From: an uncultured virus (IMG/VR IMGVR_UViG_3300032007_000041)
Lineage: Duplodnaviria > Heunggongvirae > Uroviricota > Caudoviricetes
Reading direction: 5' to 3' (one strand)
Length of the DNA stretch: 57,737 nt
Virus record (IMG/VR): IMGVR_UViG_3300032007_000041
In this document: piece after piece, positions 9,484-19,918 of the stretch
How the letters are laid out: each line of letters opens with the position of its first letter
Numbering within the stretch: the stretch's first letter is position 1
Translations under genes and position numbers: made by a program
Notes under the pieces: generated by a model
The model's database searches: none
What the model was told of the DNA's origin: nothing
What the model saw: the letters and a program-made list of their open reading frames with translations, nothing else

Positions 9484-10941
9484 TCACCTCACATCTATGA
9501 TATTCTTTCTCATATCTATGATATTGTTTTTAACGATATTTTTAACTTTATTACGCAAATCTATACATACTTTTCTTAAATCTTTTACTAAATGAAATTT
9601 GTTTGCTAAACGAACAAAATAGTTTTCTCCATAATAAGGATTTGTATAAACCTTATTTATATTTGATTCGTTTTTTAATGCTTTTGCTACTTCTTCTTGT
9701 GAACAATTAAATGTATCGTCATCAACAAAAGCAATATCTCCAACTACATGACCAAATCCTACTTTTTCATCATTGATTTGATTTTGCACAGACCTTCTAC
9801 TACGATTTTTATTACTATCATCACCTGTTATCATATTAACCAAATCTCTATGTGTCGCATTTGAATCTTTTCCAAAATAAATTTTTCCTTCATAATAAAT
9901 AAAAGGTTTATCACGATTAAAATCATTAATGTGGTCAATATTTTTAGTTGGTATTCTCCTACCAATCGCATCATCATTATTATCTAATTCTGTTACCAAA
10001 TCATTTGCTTGCGCATTTTTTATTTTAGAAAAAGCACTTCTATATTTATAAGCAGAAGAATCTGTATTTAAATAATTAAACCATTGTTTTTCTTCATCAT
10101 CTGTGGAAATTTTATTTTGTTTTCTCAAAAAATTTATTACATCACTGGGATATTCAACACCTAATTGGTCTAATGGCATATTAGCAAAATGTTTTTTTAT
10201 ATCATCGGAATCGAGTAATTCAGTATATTGCTTATCAAAATCTATATCTGCCGTTCTACGTAAATCTAAAACTTTTTTACTACCATACGCATAAACTAAC
10301 GGGAAATTTTCGTCTCGTGGTTCATCACGCATGTCTAACATGGGATATTCTTCTTTATATTTCTTTAATTCACGTAACCAATGAGCCAATTGTAAGTGTT
10401 CTTCTCCACAAGCATCACAACCAGTCAAGCTATATAAATTATTATATGCTACTTCATCTGCATGTTCAATTGCTTCATCTAAAGACATTAAAGCAGTTTT
10501 TTTATTGTTATTACGTAAATCAACAATATTCAATCTTAAATCTTTAATAATTGGACTCACCTTCTTGGCTTGCAATTCTATCTGTTGAAAAGAATTATTA
10601 ATTTTTGTAATACGATGAATAAGACGATTTGCATTATAATTTACACAATGATAAGCATCGCTTTTACGTTTAAGATTAAATTTACTTAAACGACCAAAAT
10701 ACTTATCTTTTACATTATCTCCACGCAAATATACTTTGCCATTACAACAATCAATAATTACAGAATCATATTTATTCATATATTTACCATTTAAAGCTAC
10801 TTTTACATAGCTATTATTTCTTTTGCTATTCAAATTATTATTTTTAAATTCTTGATTAAAATAATCAACTAATGCAAGCGTGAAGTCATCATTTTTACTA
10901 TCATTTGGTTTAACTGTAATCTTAGCCACAAGTCTTTTCAT
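9484..10941 (-). CDS. hypothetical protein with N-terminal MKRLVA and repeated [IVL]D[LMV]R motifs
   Basis: 485-aa ORF; KDLR, VDLR, LDMR, LDLR, KDLR, IDLR, IDMR, IDVR. Confidence 0.75.
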   Translation of the reverse strand: MKRLVAKITVKPNDSKNDDFTLALVDYFNQEFKNNNLNSKRNNSYVKVALNGKYMNKYDSVIIDCCNGKVYLRGDNVKDKYFGRLSKFNLKRKSDAYHCVNYNANRLIHRITKINNSFQQIELQAKKVSPIIKDLRLNIVDLRNNNKKTALMSLDEAIEHADEVAYNNLYSLTGCDACGEEHLQLAHWLRELKKYKEEYPMLDMRDEPRDENFPLVYAYGSKKVLDLRRTADIDFDKQYTELLDSDDIKKHFANMPLDQLGVEYPSDVINFLRKQNKISTDDEEKQWFNYLNTDSSAYKYRSAFSKIKNAQANDLVTELDNNDDAIGRRIPTKNIDHINDFNRDKPFIYYEGKIYFGKDSNATHRDLVNMITGDDSNKNRSRRSVQNQINDEKVGFGHVVGDIAFVDDDTFNCSQEEVAKALKNESNINKVYTNPYYGENYFVRLANKFHLVKDLRKVCIDLRNKVKNIVKNNIIDMRKNIIDVR

Positions 10942-11015
10942 TGAAAAATATCCCCTTTAAAAAATTTCCGTTCTATTTTACTCTATATAAAAAATAGTAT
11001 TTATCATAAAAAAAA

Positions 11016-11047
11016 TAATCTATCTATATAATGATATAGATAGATTA
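11016..11047 (-). terminator. intrinsic terminator
   Basis: 14-bp stem TAATCTATCTATAT/ATATAGATAGATTA with a T-run on the minus strand. Confidence 0.7.
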
Positions 11048-11059
11048 AATTTAATTTTA

Positions 11060-13240
11060 TTAAGATACAATTGTATATTGACCTTCTGAAAGTCCTGCTT
11101 TTGAAGCATCAAAATCAGACAGAACATTTTTCAGTTTAACTCCTGTTAATTTAGTACTTCCTCTAAACATATCTTGATAATTTGTACAAGATTTCATATC
11201 TATTACACCAATAATAGTAGTTAAATTATAAGCACCCCCAAACATATAGCTCATATTCGTTACATTACTAGTATCCCATTTAGATACATCTAATGTAGTT
11301 AAAGATTTACAACTATTAAACATTTGACTCATATCTTTTACATTACTGGTATCCCAATTTGATAAATCTAATGAAATTAAAGAATTACAAGATGCAAATA
11401 AGTTTTTCATATTTGTTACATTACTAGTATTCCATTTAGATACATCCAATGAAATTAAAGAATTACAATTATTAAACATATAACTCATATCTGTAACTTT
11501 ACTAGTATCCCATTTAGATACATCTAATGAAATTAAAGAATTACAACCATAAAACATTCCACTCATATCTGTAACTTTACTAGTATCCCATTTAGATACA
11601 TCTAATGTAGTAAGAGATTTACAACTATAAAACATTCCACTCATATCTGTAACTTTACTAGTATCCCAATTAGATACATCTAATGAAATGAGCGAATTAC
11701 ATCCATTACCGTAATAAGCACCCCCAAACATATAGCTCATATTCGTTACATTACTAGTATTCCATTTAGATACATCTAATGTAGTAAGAGAATTACAACT
11801 ATAAAACATATAACTCATATCTGTAACTTTACTAGTATCCCATTTAGATACATCTAATGAAATTAAAGAATGACAAGATGCAAATAAGTTTGTCATATCT
11901 GTAACTTTACTAGTATCCCATTTAGATACATCTAATGAAATGAGCGAAATGCATCCTCTATCGTCGTAATAAGAACTCCCAAACATATAGCTCATATTCG
12001 TTACATTACTAGTATTCCATTTAGATACATCTAATGTAGTTAAAGATTTTAACTTATTAAATAATCCACTCATATCTGTAACTTTACTAGTATCCCAATG
12101 AGATACGTCTAACAAAGTTAATTTAGTATTCATATTATAATTATATTTCCCACCATAGCCAAACATTTCACTCATATCTGTAACTTTACTAGTATCCCAT
12201 TTAGATACATCTAATGAAGTTAAAGATAAGCAATCATTAAACATTTGACTCATATCTGTAACTTTACTAGTATCCCAATTTGATACACCTAATGAAATTA
12301 AAGAATGACATCCACGAAACATATAACCCATATCTGTAACTTTACTAGTATCCCAATTAGATAAATCTAATGAAGTTAAAGATAAGCAATTATTAAACAT
12401 TCCACTCATATCTGTAACTTTACTAGTATCCCATTTAGATAAATCTAATGTAGTAAGAGATTCACAACTTATAAACATTCCACTCATATTCGTTACATTA
12501 CTAGTATTCCATTTAGATACATCTAATGTAGTAAGAGATTCACAACCAAAATACATTTTATATTTTTTTTCATCATAATTAGAAGCATAACTATTTGCTC
12601 CAAACATATAACTCATATCTGTAACATTACTGGTATTCCATTTAGATACATCTAATGATATAAGAGAACCACATCCACAAAACATTCCACTCATATCTGT
12701 AACTTTACTAGTATCCCAATTAGATAAATCTAATGACGTAATAGAACCACAATTATAAAACATATACCTCATATTAGTTACATTACCGGTATCTAATTTT
12801 GGGATTGATAATAATGAATGGCATTTAAAAAACATAAAATTATTATTTGTCGATTTATTAGTATTAATTATTTTAGGTATTTTAGTAATAGCATAGCAAC
12901 TAGAAAACGAATTTGCTAGACTATCTGTAATTAAATCAATGCTTCCATCATCATTTAATAATTCTCCTGGTATTTCAGCCATCGTTCGATATGTATCAGG
13001 ATATAATTCAGACATAGTATATTTTGGATAACCTATACCTTTATGTTTTATTTCGCCCAATACCAAGTAAAAATTTTTATCTTTATCTAACCCAACAAAA
13101 TTACATTTATTACCATTGAAATATATTTCTTTTATTTGATTTGAATTATAATATAAATCATTAACTGATACATTTTCCTTTATTTCATTACCACTAGAAT
13201 CTACAATTTTACCATCAATAATTTCATATTTTAATGACAT
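11060..13240 (-). CDS. BspA/DUF285-like leucine-rich-repeat surface or adhesin protein
   Basis: About 20 tandem 26-aa repeats SL(T/I)(S/T)LDVSKWDTSKVTDMSxMFxxC. Confidence 0.9.
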   Translation of the reverse strand: MSLKYEIIDGKIVDSSGNEIKENVSVNDLYYNSNQIKEIYFNGNKCNFVGLDKDKNFYLVLGEIKHKGIGYPKYTMSELYPDTYRTMAEIPGELLNDDGSIDLITDSLANSFSSCYAITKIPKIINTNKSTNNNFMFFKCHSLLSIPKLDTGNVTNMRYMFYNCGSITSLDLSNWDTSKVTDMSGMFCGCGSLISLDVSKWNTSNVTDMSYMFGANSYASNYDEKKYKMYFGCESLTTLDVSKWNTSNVTNMSGMFISCESLTTLDLSKWDTSKVTDMSGMFNNCLSLTSLDLSNWDTSKVTDMGYMFRGCHSLISLGVSNWDTSKVTDMSQMFNDCLSLTSLDVSKWDTSKVTDMSEMFGYGGKYNYNMNTKLTLLDVSHWDTSKVTDMSGLFNKLKSLTTLDVSKWNTSNVTNMSYMFGSSYYDDRGCISLISLDVSKWDTSKVTDMTNLFASCHSLISLDVSKWDTSKVTDMSYMFYSCNSLTTLDVSKWNTSNVTNMSYMFGGAYYGNGCNSLISLDVSNWDTSKVTDMSGMFYSCKSLTTLDVSKWDTSKVTDMSGMFYGCNSLISLDVSKWDTSKVTDMSYMFNNCNSLISLDVSKWNTSNVTNMKNLFASCNSLISLDLSNWDTSNVKDMSQMFNSCKSLTTLDVSKWDTSNVTNMSYMFGGAYNLTTIIGVIDMKSCTNYQDMFRGSTKLTGVKLKNVLSDFDASKAGLSEGQYTIVS
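11220..12830. repeat. 78-bp coding tandem repeat array
   Basis: Near-identical units such as catatctgtaactttactagtatcccatttagatacatctaatg recur across the interval. Confidence 0.9.
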
Positions 13241-13254
13241 ATAAAATCACCTCT

Positions 13255-13689
13255 TTAAGAAACCGAATCTGATTTTATATATAAAATACCATTTGTTTTA
13301 TCAAAAGAAACAAATTTTATTGCTTCTGTATTTTTTACATATGTAGTCGTAATATCTGAACCATTTTTATCATTCGTTGCGTTAACTGCATTTCTTACAG
13401 TTAACTCTTTATATCCGTTATTATTTGATAAATTATTATTATCACATATCACATATGTTGCTTTTGTATCAATTACACGAACAATATCTCCATTTGACAC
13501 AGAAGAAGATGTTAAACTAAATCTGCTTGTATCATTTTGCACTTCTATAATTTTATTACTAGATGACAATGTTTTTGGTAAATTTTTATTATTAATAATT
13601 CCTTTTAATCTACTAACATTAATATCATCTGTTTCTAAGTGATATACTCTATTTAATAAATCCTTTATTGTTTTTGATAAAGAAAGCAT
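13255..13689 (-). CDS. tail-fibre-like hypothetical protein
   Basis: RFSLT...VSNGDIVRVIDT..TY and NATNDKNGSDITTTY motifs typical of phage fibres; N-terminus resembles that of the ORF starting at 15134. Confidence 0.55.
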   Translation of the reverse strand: MLSLSKTIKDLLNRVYHLETDDINVSRLKGIINNKNLPKTLSSSNKIIEVQNDTSRFSLTSSSVSNGDIVRVIDTKATYVICDNNNLSNNNGYKELTVRNAVNATNDKNGSDITTTYVKNTEAIKFVSFDKTNGILYIKSDSVS

Positions 13690-13745
13690 ATTATAATCAC
13701 CACACTTTTATACAAAATATGTTATATCTACTTATAACATAGCTA

Positions 13746-14692
13746 TTAAAACCAATCAAACCATGTATTTTTCAATTTATTAATATAATCTTGTTTATCA
13801 GTAAATTGTGTATTAGAATCAGGTGTTGGATTCAATAATACCAAAAAATTGTCAATATCTTTAATATTATAACAATTATTCGTATTATGATTAAATTCAT
13901 ACGTTGATATAGATGTTAATTCTCTATCTGTGCAAACACAATCTCCAAATCCATTTGTTTTTGATAATTCAAATGATTTTTTTATTTTATCTTCATCTGA
14001 ACAATAATCAATAACAAGTGACCTAACTCCAACATTTTGTGATATCCCCATTAATCTATAAAATTCATCACGATATTCTTTTGGTGTTTCTTGATTATCT
14101 GCCATATTCCAATCAATATCTGTACCATAATTAATATCTTCTACTGTTACTGCATCAACAATACTTCCGAATCGTTTAGTATCTTCTAATGTCCAATCAT
14201 GTTCTGCATTCGGTTCAAATATACCAACACCACCATTATTAATTATAGCAAATGATGGATAATTTCTTTTGGTAGCATAATTACGTATATCTTCAATTAA
14301 TTGAAGCATAGCTCTACGATAATTCGTTGGTGTAGGAGTTGTTGTGGTTTTTTGTACTTCTACAAAAGACGGAACAAATAACGTACCTTTTGGTTTTGCA
14401 TTTAAATTCCATTCAACAACACAATCAGAAGGAGCACCCCACGGAGCATCTTTAATAGAATCTTTTTTCTTTGCTACTACAATCTTTTTAAATTTGGACA
14501 ATCCTTAAATGTATGTTTATCAATAGTTTCTGTAATAGATGGAAAATATACTTCTTTTAAATTTGGAAAATTTACAATAGAATATTCTCCTGTGCCACTA
14601 TGTTCTTCATTTAAAGGCAATTGTAAATATATGACATTACCAGATAAAACAGATTCATCTAGTAATTCAGGAAAAATCTTTATATGTTGTAT
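13746..14692 (-). pseudogene. frameshifted and truncated LRR + P/T linker + GH114/MJ1477-like polygalactosaminidase fusion
   Basis: Start-less LRR frame 14692-14477 (FPNLKEVYFP..IDKHTFKDCPNLK) joins KIVVAKKKDSIKDAPWGA by a -1 shift; then TTTPTPT and NYRRAM..IINNGG..VEDINYG..IDYCSD..NFLVLLNP; second glycosidase repeat truncated. Confidence 0.6.
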
Positions 14693-14701
14693 TTACAAAC
14701 A

Positions 14702-15134
14702 TTATGCTACACCATCCCATATCGCTTGTGGATTTTCTGTACGACCTCCATACCAAGCAGGGTTATGCCATTCATCAAAAGCATCTGTCCAACCATAAGA
14801 GCCATCAGGTATAGCGTCTTTTTTCTATGAATAGTTAATGATTTAACCGCGCAGTCAAATGCACTTTGTCCTATTTTTTGTATTCCACTACCAATTTCTA
14901 TTGTAACACCTTCTAGAACATCCATACCGCTAAATGCTTCATCTTCAATTATTTTAACAGAATTTGGTAATACAAGTTTTGATATAACAGGTCCATCCAT
15001 AAATGCAACTTTTCCTAACCACCGCCTGACGAACTAATATTTGATATTTTTGTAGAAAGATTATTTATACGTGTTTCTAAAGTAGGTATTTTTGATAATA
15101 CATCTTTAATTATTTCTGATAAAGCAACACTCAT
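14702..15134 (-). pseudogene. fragmented LRR_5/BspA-type protein
   Basis: MSVALSEIIKD... stops at 15015; another frame continues LGKVAFMDG..LPNSVKIIEDEAF..IGQSAF; a -1 shift at the A6 run gives DAIPDGSYGW...AIWDGVA*. Confidence 0.6.
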
Positions 15135-15224
15135 ATTTCTATCTCCTTTTTTATTTTTATTTTCTATAAAATTAATATAATCAATAAACAAAAAAACCAC
15201 CCATAAAATTATGGGCGGTTTGAA

Positions 15225-15797
15225 TTAAAATTCAATCAAATCAGATTCACTACTAAGTTCATCATATTTTGATTCTGCTCCATCTGTACCTGCTTTAACC
15301 ACTTGATTAAAAACATCCTTTAGAGCATTTGTAATTTTGCTATTAACCTGATTTTTTGTAACAAGATTTGTTCCTTTAATTGTGTGAGCAACCAATTGAT
15401 TTACTTTGTCTTGTTGTTCTTCTGTTAAGTCTTTTGTCTCTTTATAAATATATTTTGTTGATTCTTTACCAATTAATGTATCAAAATAAGAATTAATACC
15501 TTCAACAAATTCTGTAACAATTTCATTTACAGGAATATCTGCAAAATTAGGTTTATCTCCATTAGAAATACTATTTAAAACTTCCGTAAATGCGTCATCT
15601 ACCAATGCATAATAGCCACCTAAACAATCATCTGCTTCAGGTTCAACACTATCTTTTAAACCAAATGCAAAAGATTTATATTCATTTGAATTTTCAACTT
15701 TAGTTTTAGCTTGCATAAAAATTCTTGTAGTAATTCTAGCTACATCCATATTTAGTTTTTCTGTTGCTTCAATTAAACGTTTTTTAATAATATTCAT
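15225..15797 (-). CDS. hypothetical acidic protein with N-terminal KKRLIE
   Basis: 190-aa ORF followed by hairpin AAACCACCCAT/ATGGGCGGTTT. Confidence 0.7.
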   Translation of the reverse strand: MNIIKKRLIEATEKLNMDVARITTRIFMQAKTKVENSNEYKSFAFGLKDSVEPEADDCLGGYYALVDDAFTEVLNSISNGDKPNFADIPVNEIVTEFVEGINSYFDTLIGKESTKYIYKETKDLTEEQQDKVNQLVAHTIKGTNLVTKNQVNSKITNALKDVFNQVVKAGTDGAESKYDELSSESDLIEF

Positions 15798-15814
15798 TCA
15801 TAAAACCAACTTTC

Positions 15815-16396
15815 TTAATAATTTTCAATTATTCTTTGTACATCTTTTGCACATTCAACAATACTATTATTTTCTACTCGAATATCATGTATCCCTAAAC
15901 GATTAAAATTCTGTACACTAAAATCTTTACTATCTGCAATAAATCTACGGCACATTTCTGTGTAATCTTCATTACCATTCATTTCACGAGAAAGATTTCT
16001 TAGCAACCTCTCTCTGTCTGCTACTACTAAATGTATAACAACAACATCTTTCCCATAGATTTTTTGTAATTTGTTAACTCCATCAAGTGTATTAATCATA
16101 ATATACTTATTATTTGATTTCATATCAAATTGTCCATCATTTACTGTAAAATACGTCCAATCTCCATGAACAGTTTTATAAGTACGATATTCAATTACCT
16201 TACCTTGATGTTTTAATTTAGAAAAACTTCTTCTGTTAACAAAATAATATTCTTTCCCATTATTTTCATTCGCACGAATAGGTCTAGTTGTATATGTAAT
16301 AATTGGCGTTAAACCAATATGCATATCTAATAAGTTATTAAATATTGTATCTTTACCACTACAACTAGCACCAACAATACAAAATATTTTTGCCAT
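15815..16396 (-). CDS. gmk: guanylate kinase-like protein
   Basis: P-loop GASCSGKDT, TTRPIR..ENNGKEYYFV, EYRTY. Confidence 0.88.
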   Translation of the reverse strand: MAKIFCIVGASCSGKDTIFNNLLDMHIGLTPIITYTTRPIRANENNGKEYYFVNRRSFSKLKHQGKVIEYRTYKTVHGDWTYFTVNDGQFDMKSNNKYIMINTLDGVNKLQKIYGKDVVVIHLVVADRERLLRNLSREMNGNEDYTEMCRRFIADSKDFSVQNFNRLGIHDIRVENNSIVECAKDVQRIIENY

Positions 16397-16412
16397 ATGT
16401 TACTATCCACCT

Positions 16413-17207
16413 TTATTCATAATTTAAATATAACGATTCATACACTTCTTCTGTATTTCCTCTTAAACGATTAAAAGAACTTAATCCTGATTTTATATAT
16501 TCATGTCTTACATATATATCTTTAGGTAGTTCAACAGTTCTATCTGTATTACCACGAATACCATCATATGATAATGCAAACTTAACTTTTTTATTATTTA
16601 ATTCTTTCAGAAAGTTAATAAATTCTTCATAATTTATTGTACCATAATACATACCTTTTGTATTAAAATATGGAGGGTCTAAATATACAAAATCATTACT
16701 TTTAACCATATGTAATATTTGTTCATAACTTTGATGAACAAATATTACATCTTGTATTTTATTACTCCAATCCATCATAATCTTATGTAATTTATCAGGT
16801 TTGATACCTTTTCTACCATGATGATAAGAATTATTAAATTCACCTTTTTTATTAAATCGAATCAATCCATTTGTACAAGTTCTCGAAAGAAACAGAAAAT
16901 ATGCAGGGTTTTTTGTTTGATTAAATTTATCTCTTATAGAATAATAAAATTCTTGTCCTTGTTCTTGCAATTCATTCCATAATGTTTCATATTCTTTTAT
17001 TAAATATAATGGATTATTCTGTATAATTTGCCATAAATCAATTAACGGTTTACATATATCACTACATACTCGTTTTCCTTTTATATGATACATAATACTC
17101 CCACCACCTATAAATGGTTCATAATATGTATCATAATCAGGAAAATACGATATAATTTTTTCTGCTTGCGACCGTTTACTTCCACTCCATTTAATTACTG
17201 GTTGCAT
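16413..17207 (-). CDS. D12-class (Dam-like) N6-adenine DNA methyltransferase
   Basis: IKWSGSK, YYEPFIGGGS, NGLIRFNKKGEFN, FVYLDPPY. Confidence 0.92.
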   Translation of the reverse strand: MQPVIKWSGSKRSQAEKIISYFPDYDTYYEPFIGGGSIMYHIKGKRVCSDICKPLIDLWQIIQNNPLYLIKEYETLWNELQEQGQEFYYSIRDKFNQTKNPAYFLFLSRTCTNGLIRFNKKGEFNNSYHHGRKGIKPDKLHKIMMDWSNKIQDVIFVHQSYEQILHMVKSNDFVYLDPPYFNTKGMYYGTINYEEFINFLKELNNKKVKFALSYDGIRGNTDRTVELPKDIYVRHEYIKSGLSSFNRLRGNTEEVYESLYLNYE

Positions 17208-17446
17208 TATTTATCTCCATTACTCCCAATTCCCAATAGAACTTTTGTAATATATATTGCAAGTGCGACAATGAAGGATTGCCCCCATGTTAATTGAGTT
17301 AATCCAAAACCACAATTGAGTAAATATCCTATAAAATATACTAATACTGTACATACACCTAAATGGGTTAAAATTAGTCCAATTGTAATAACAGCAAACA
17401 TACATAATAATATAAGTTTTTCCATTATCTCTTTTTTCCTTTCCAT
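17207..17446 (-). CDS. small membrane protein
   Basis: Two hydrophobic segments; probable start MEKLIL. Confidence 0.6.
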   Translation of the reverse strand: MERKKEIMEKLILLCMFAVITIGLILTHLGVCTVLVYFIGYLLNCGFGLTQLTWGQSFIVALAIYITKVLLGIGSNGDK

Positions 17447-17919
17447 TTTAAAAAATCTACGTAATTATTTATTTTCATAAATTTATAAATCAAATCGTTT
17501 GTAATGCTACGACACGAATTTTTTAGTGTGGTATCAAATCTTGTTTTTAATTTCGCGTTCCGAATCGGTTTTTGTACTATTTCTATTTTATTATTTTCAT
17601 CTACGTATAATAAACCAAATTCTTTTAAAACTAATTCTTTTGGTATTACATCTTTTGGACACATAATATAAAAGTAGTTACAATGTGGATAATATGATTT
17701 TTCTAAATTAAATAATTTTTTGTCTCTTTTATAGTCCTTTAAAGAAGCCTTTACTTCTACTACACGCACTTCTTTCCGTTTTAAATTCATCCCACAAGCA
17801 TCTGCCACACTACGTAAATTTCTGAATTTAGTTTCTACCGATACTATATCTGTACAATATTTTTTTAAAAATCCACAAGCTACTATTTTTAATCTCTTAT
17901 GTACTTCACTCTCTGCCAT
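17425..17919 (-). CDS. PD-(D/E)XK nuclease, MmcB-like
   Basis: ADACG...VVEVKASLKDYKRDKK...CNYFYIMCP...GLLYV. Confidence 0.7.
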   Translation of the reverse strand: MAESEVHKRLKIVACGFLKKYCTDIVSVETKFRNLRSVADACGMNLKRKEVRVVEVKASLKDYKRDKKLFNLEKSYYPHCNYFYIMCPKDVIPKELVLKEFGLLYVDENNKIEIVQKPIRNAKLKTRFDTTLKNSCRSITNDLIYKFMKINNYVDFLKWKGKKR

Positions 17920-17961
17920 TTATACCACCTCAATAAAAAAAAGGATATATAACATATCCCT

Positions 17962-18369
17962 TCATTTTTCTTTATTATATTTATTATTGAGAAATTCAAT
18001 CTTTTTCTGCATTTCTCGTATATCTTTTGCTAAATTTTGAATAATCATTTGATAACGTTTCCGTTCCTCATTACTTCCACCATTATTATATAAGTAATGA
18101 GCTAAATCCAAATCTATTTCTTTTGTTATTAATTGTTCATTATAACGATTAATTAATTCAACCAAAATCTCTAATCTACTTTTCGGCTGAATGATATTTT
18201 TTTCTTCAACTACTTTTGGTACTTTTCTTTTCTTTATTTGTTTTTTAGGTTTTTTTTCAACTATAGTTTTTTCATCTATAGTTTCTTCTAAACCTAAATC
18301 TATTTCTTCCTCTATAGGAGTATCAGATTCTTTTTTAATTATATTTTCTTCATCTAAAAATTTATTCAT
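17962..18369 (-). CDS. hypothetical coiled-coil protein
   Basis: 135-aa ORF with GGAG RBS. Confidence 0.65.
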   Translation of the reverse strand: MNKFLDEENIIKKESDTPIEEEIDLGLEETIDEKTIVEKKPKKQIKKRKVPKVVEEKNIIQPKSRLEILVELINRYNEQLITKEIDLDLAHYLYNNGGSNEERKRYQMIIQNLAKDIREMQKKIEFLNNKYNKEK

Positions 18370-18388
18370 AATTCAATACTCCAAAAAC

Positions 18389-18592
18389 TTAACAATTAAC
18401 CAAAAGCACATCAGAAACTTCTAATACGTCATAACCATAATTAAAACAATTTTCTAATACGTTTAATATATCTTTTTTCTTACCGATTAAAGATACTTTA
18501 CGTCCATTTTGTATACATAGCACATTATTATCTATACCGTCTTTTTTAATTCTCTCTGTATCACAATATTCAAAAAAGTTTGTTCTGTACAT
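18389..18592 (-). CDS. hypothetical protein
   Basis: 67-aa ORF in operon order. Confidence 0.5.
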   Translation of the reverse strand: MYRTNFFEYCDTERIKKDGIDNNVLCIQNGRKVSLIGKKKDILNVLENCFNYGYDVLEVSDVLLVNC

Positions 18593-18613
18593 TTCACATC
18601 GCCATTATTATTA

Positions 18614-19405
18614 TTATTCACTAATTGTATATTCCCATACAATCGTTAATGGTGCTATATAAGTTGTATATGTCACATCAAAATTATCTTTGTCTAATGT
18701 TATTTTATTTAAATTTAACATTTGACCAACAGTAGAGCTACTAGACGAACTACTACTTGAACCACTTCCACTAGAAGAACTACTCGTGAGACTACTTATA
18801 TTAGTGCTTAGTACTTTCTCATATTGTTCTTCTAATTTACTCGCATTATTAGCATTATTATTAGATAGACGATGAATTGTTAATTTTCCATTAACATAAT
18901 TCACATTCCCCCATACACTTATTCCATTATCATTCCCTAAAAAAGAACCTTTTTCTTCATCATCTGCGGAATCAGTATAACTATTTTTACTATCTTTTAA
19001 CGTAACACTTTTTTCTTTGATGGCATATTTCCAACTAATATATCCACCCATCGGGTCTTTTAACAGTTTTTTAGAAAATAATTCTTTCTCTGCTAAAAAT
19101 TTCACGTCATTAATTGTGACATGATTTTGACCCTCACTTATTTTATACAAATATACCTTATTTTTATTTACTGTATCTATTCCAAGTACATTGATTCCCA
19201 TCATACTTTGATTTTTATCAAACATACTAACAAATCGTTGTTTGACAGTAGCGTCAAATAAAACTCCACCTTCATCATCTAAATGTTTTTTAAATTGTGC
19301 TTGCGCATTACTACCTAGCTTCCATCCATATCTACCATTATCTTTGATTTCATTACTACTTTTCCAATTATCAAACTCCATAACAAACGAACTATATGCA
19401 CTCAC
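18614..19405 (-). CDS. hypothetical protein with poly-Ser linker, possibly structural
   Basis: 263-aa ORF adjoining the upstream stop; SSSSSGSGSSSSSSSS tract. Confidence 0.65.
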   Translation of the reverse strand: MSAYSSFVMEFDNWKSSNEIKDNGRYGWKLGSNAQAQFKKHLDDEGGVLFDATVKQRFVSMFDKNQSMMGINVLGIDTVNKNKVYLYKISEGQNHVTINDVKFLAEKELFSKKLLKDPMGGYISWKYAIKEKSVTLKDSKNSYTDSADDEEKGSFLGNDNGISVWGNVNYVNGKLTIHRLSNNNANNASKLEEQYEKVLSTNISSLTSSSSSGSGSSSSSSSSSTVGQMLNLNKITLDKDNFDVTYTTYIAPLTIVWEYTISE

Positions 19406-19918
19406 TTATTTTTTCTTCCTTTCAGTTATATCTCTTATAACAAAATCTCCATTAAAAGGCGATAAAGAAATATAATTAATATTTTTTAATAATTTGATTA
19501 AATCTTTATCTACTTTTCTAGCTATCTTTTCGTCTCCAACTCTACCATCTGTCTGCCAAAAACCATCTATTCTATCTAACAAATAATTCATATTATCATA
19601 CTTGTTAAATTCATGCCATACTAATTCCTCAAATATTTTTCCTTCATTTCCATAAATCAAATTTAATGGTAACGGACTGTCTGATACTGCTATATCTACT
19701 CCACTTTTTTCTAGCCCACGTAATCTATGTACTTGTGTAGCAAATAAATATAATTGGTCTTTTAACATTTCAAAATTTTGTTGTAAAATGCATTCTTTCG
19801 CATATTCTCCTACTAATTCCGTTTTATATCCTAATTTTTTTAATTTACTAAATACTTCAGCAGAAATTGTAGATTTACCTGCTCCTGCACCAGCAAAAAA
19901 ATTAACCACTAGCATCAA
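19406..19918 (-). CDS. P-loop kinase/ATPase (NadR/AAA_28-like)
   Basis: VVNFFAGAGAGKST, ELVGEYAK, VSDSPL. Confidence 0.8.
   Translation of the reverse strand: MMLVVNFFAGAGAGKSTISAEVFSKLKKLGYKTELVGEYAKECILQQNFEMLKDQLYLFATQVHRLRGLEKSGVDIAVSDSPLPLNLIYGNEGKIFEELVWHEFNKYDNMNYLLDRIDGFWQTDGRVGDEKIARKVDKDLIKLLKNINYISLSPFNGDFVIRDITERKKK

Noticed and set aside
11220..12830. 78-bp repeats as a CRISPR array or a DGR template/variable pair
   Set aside because: The repeats are in-frame coding LRR units without unique spacers. Differences are not confined to adenines and there is no reverse transcriptase in the window.
17207..17446. Holin
   Set aside because: Only hydrophobicity supports it; no endolysin nearby.
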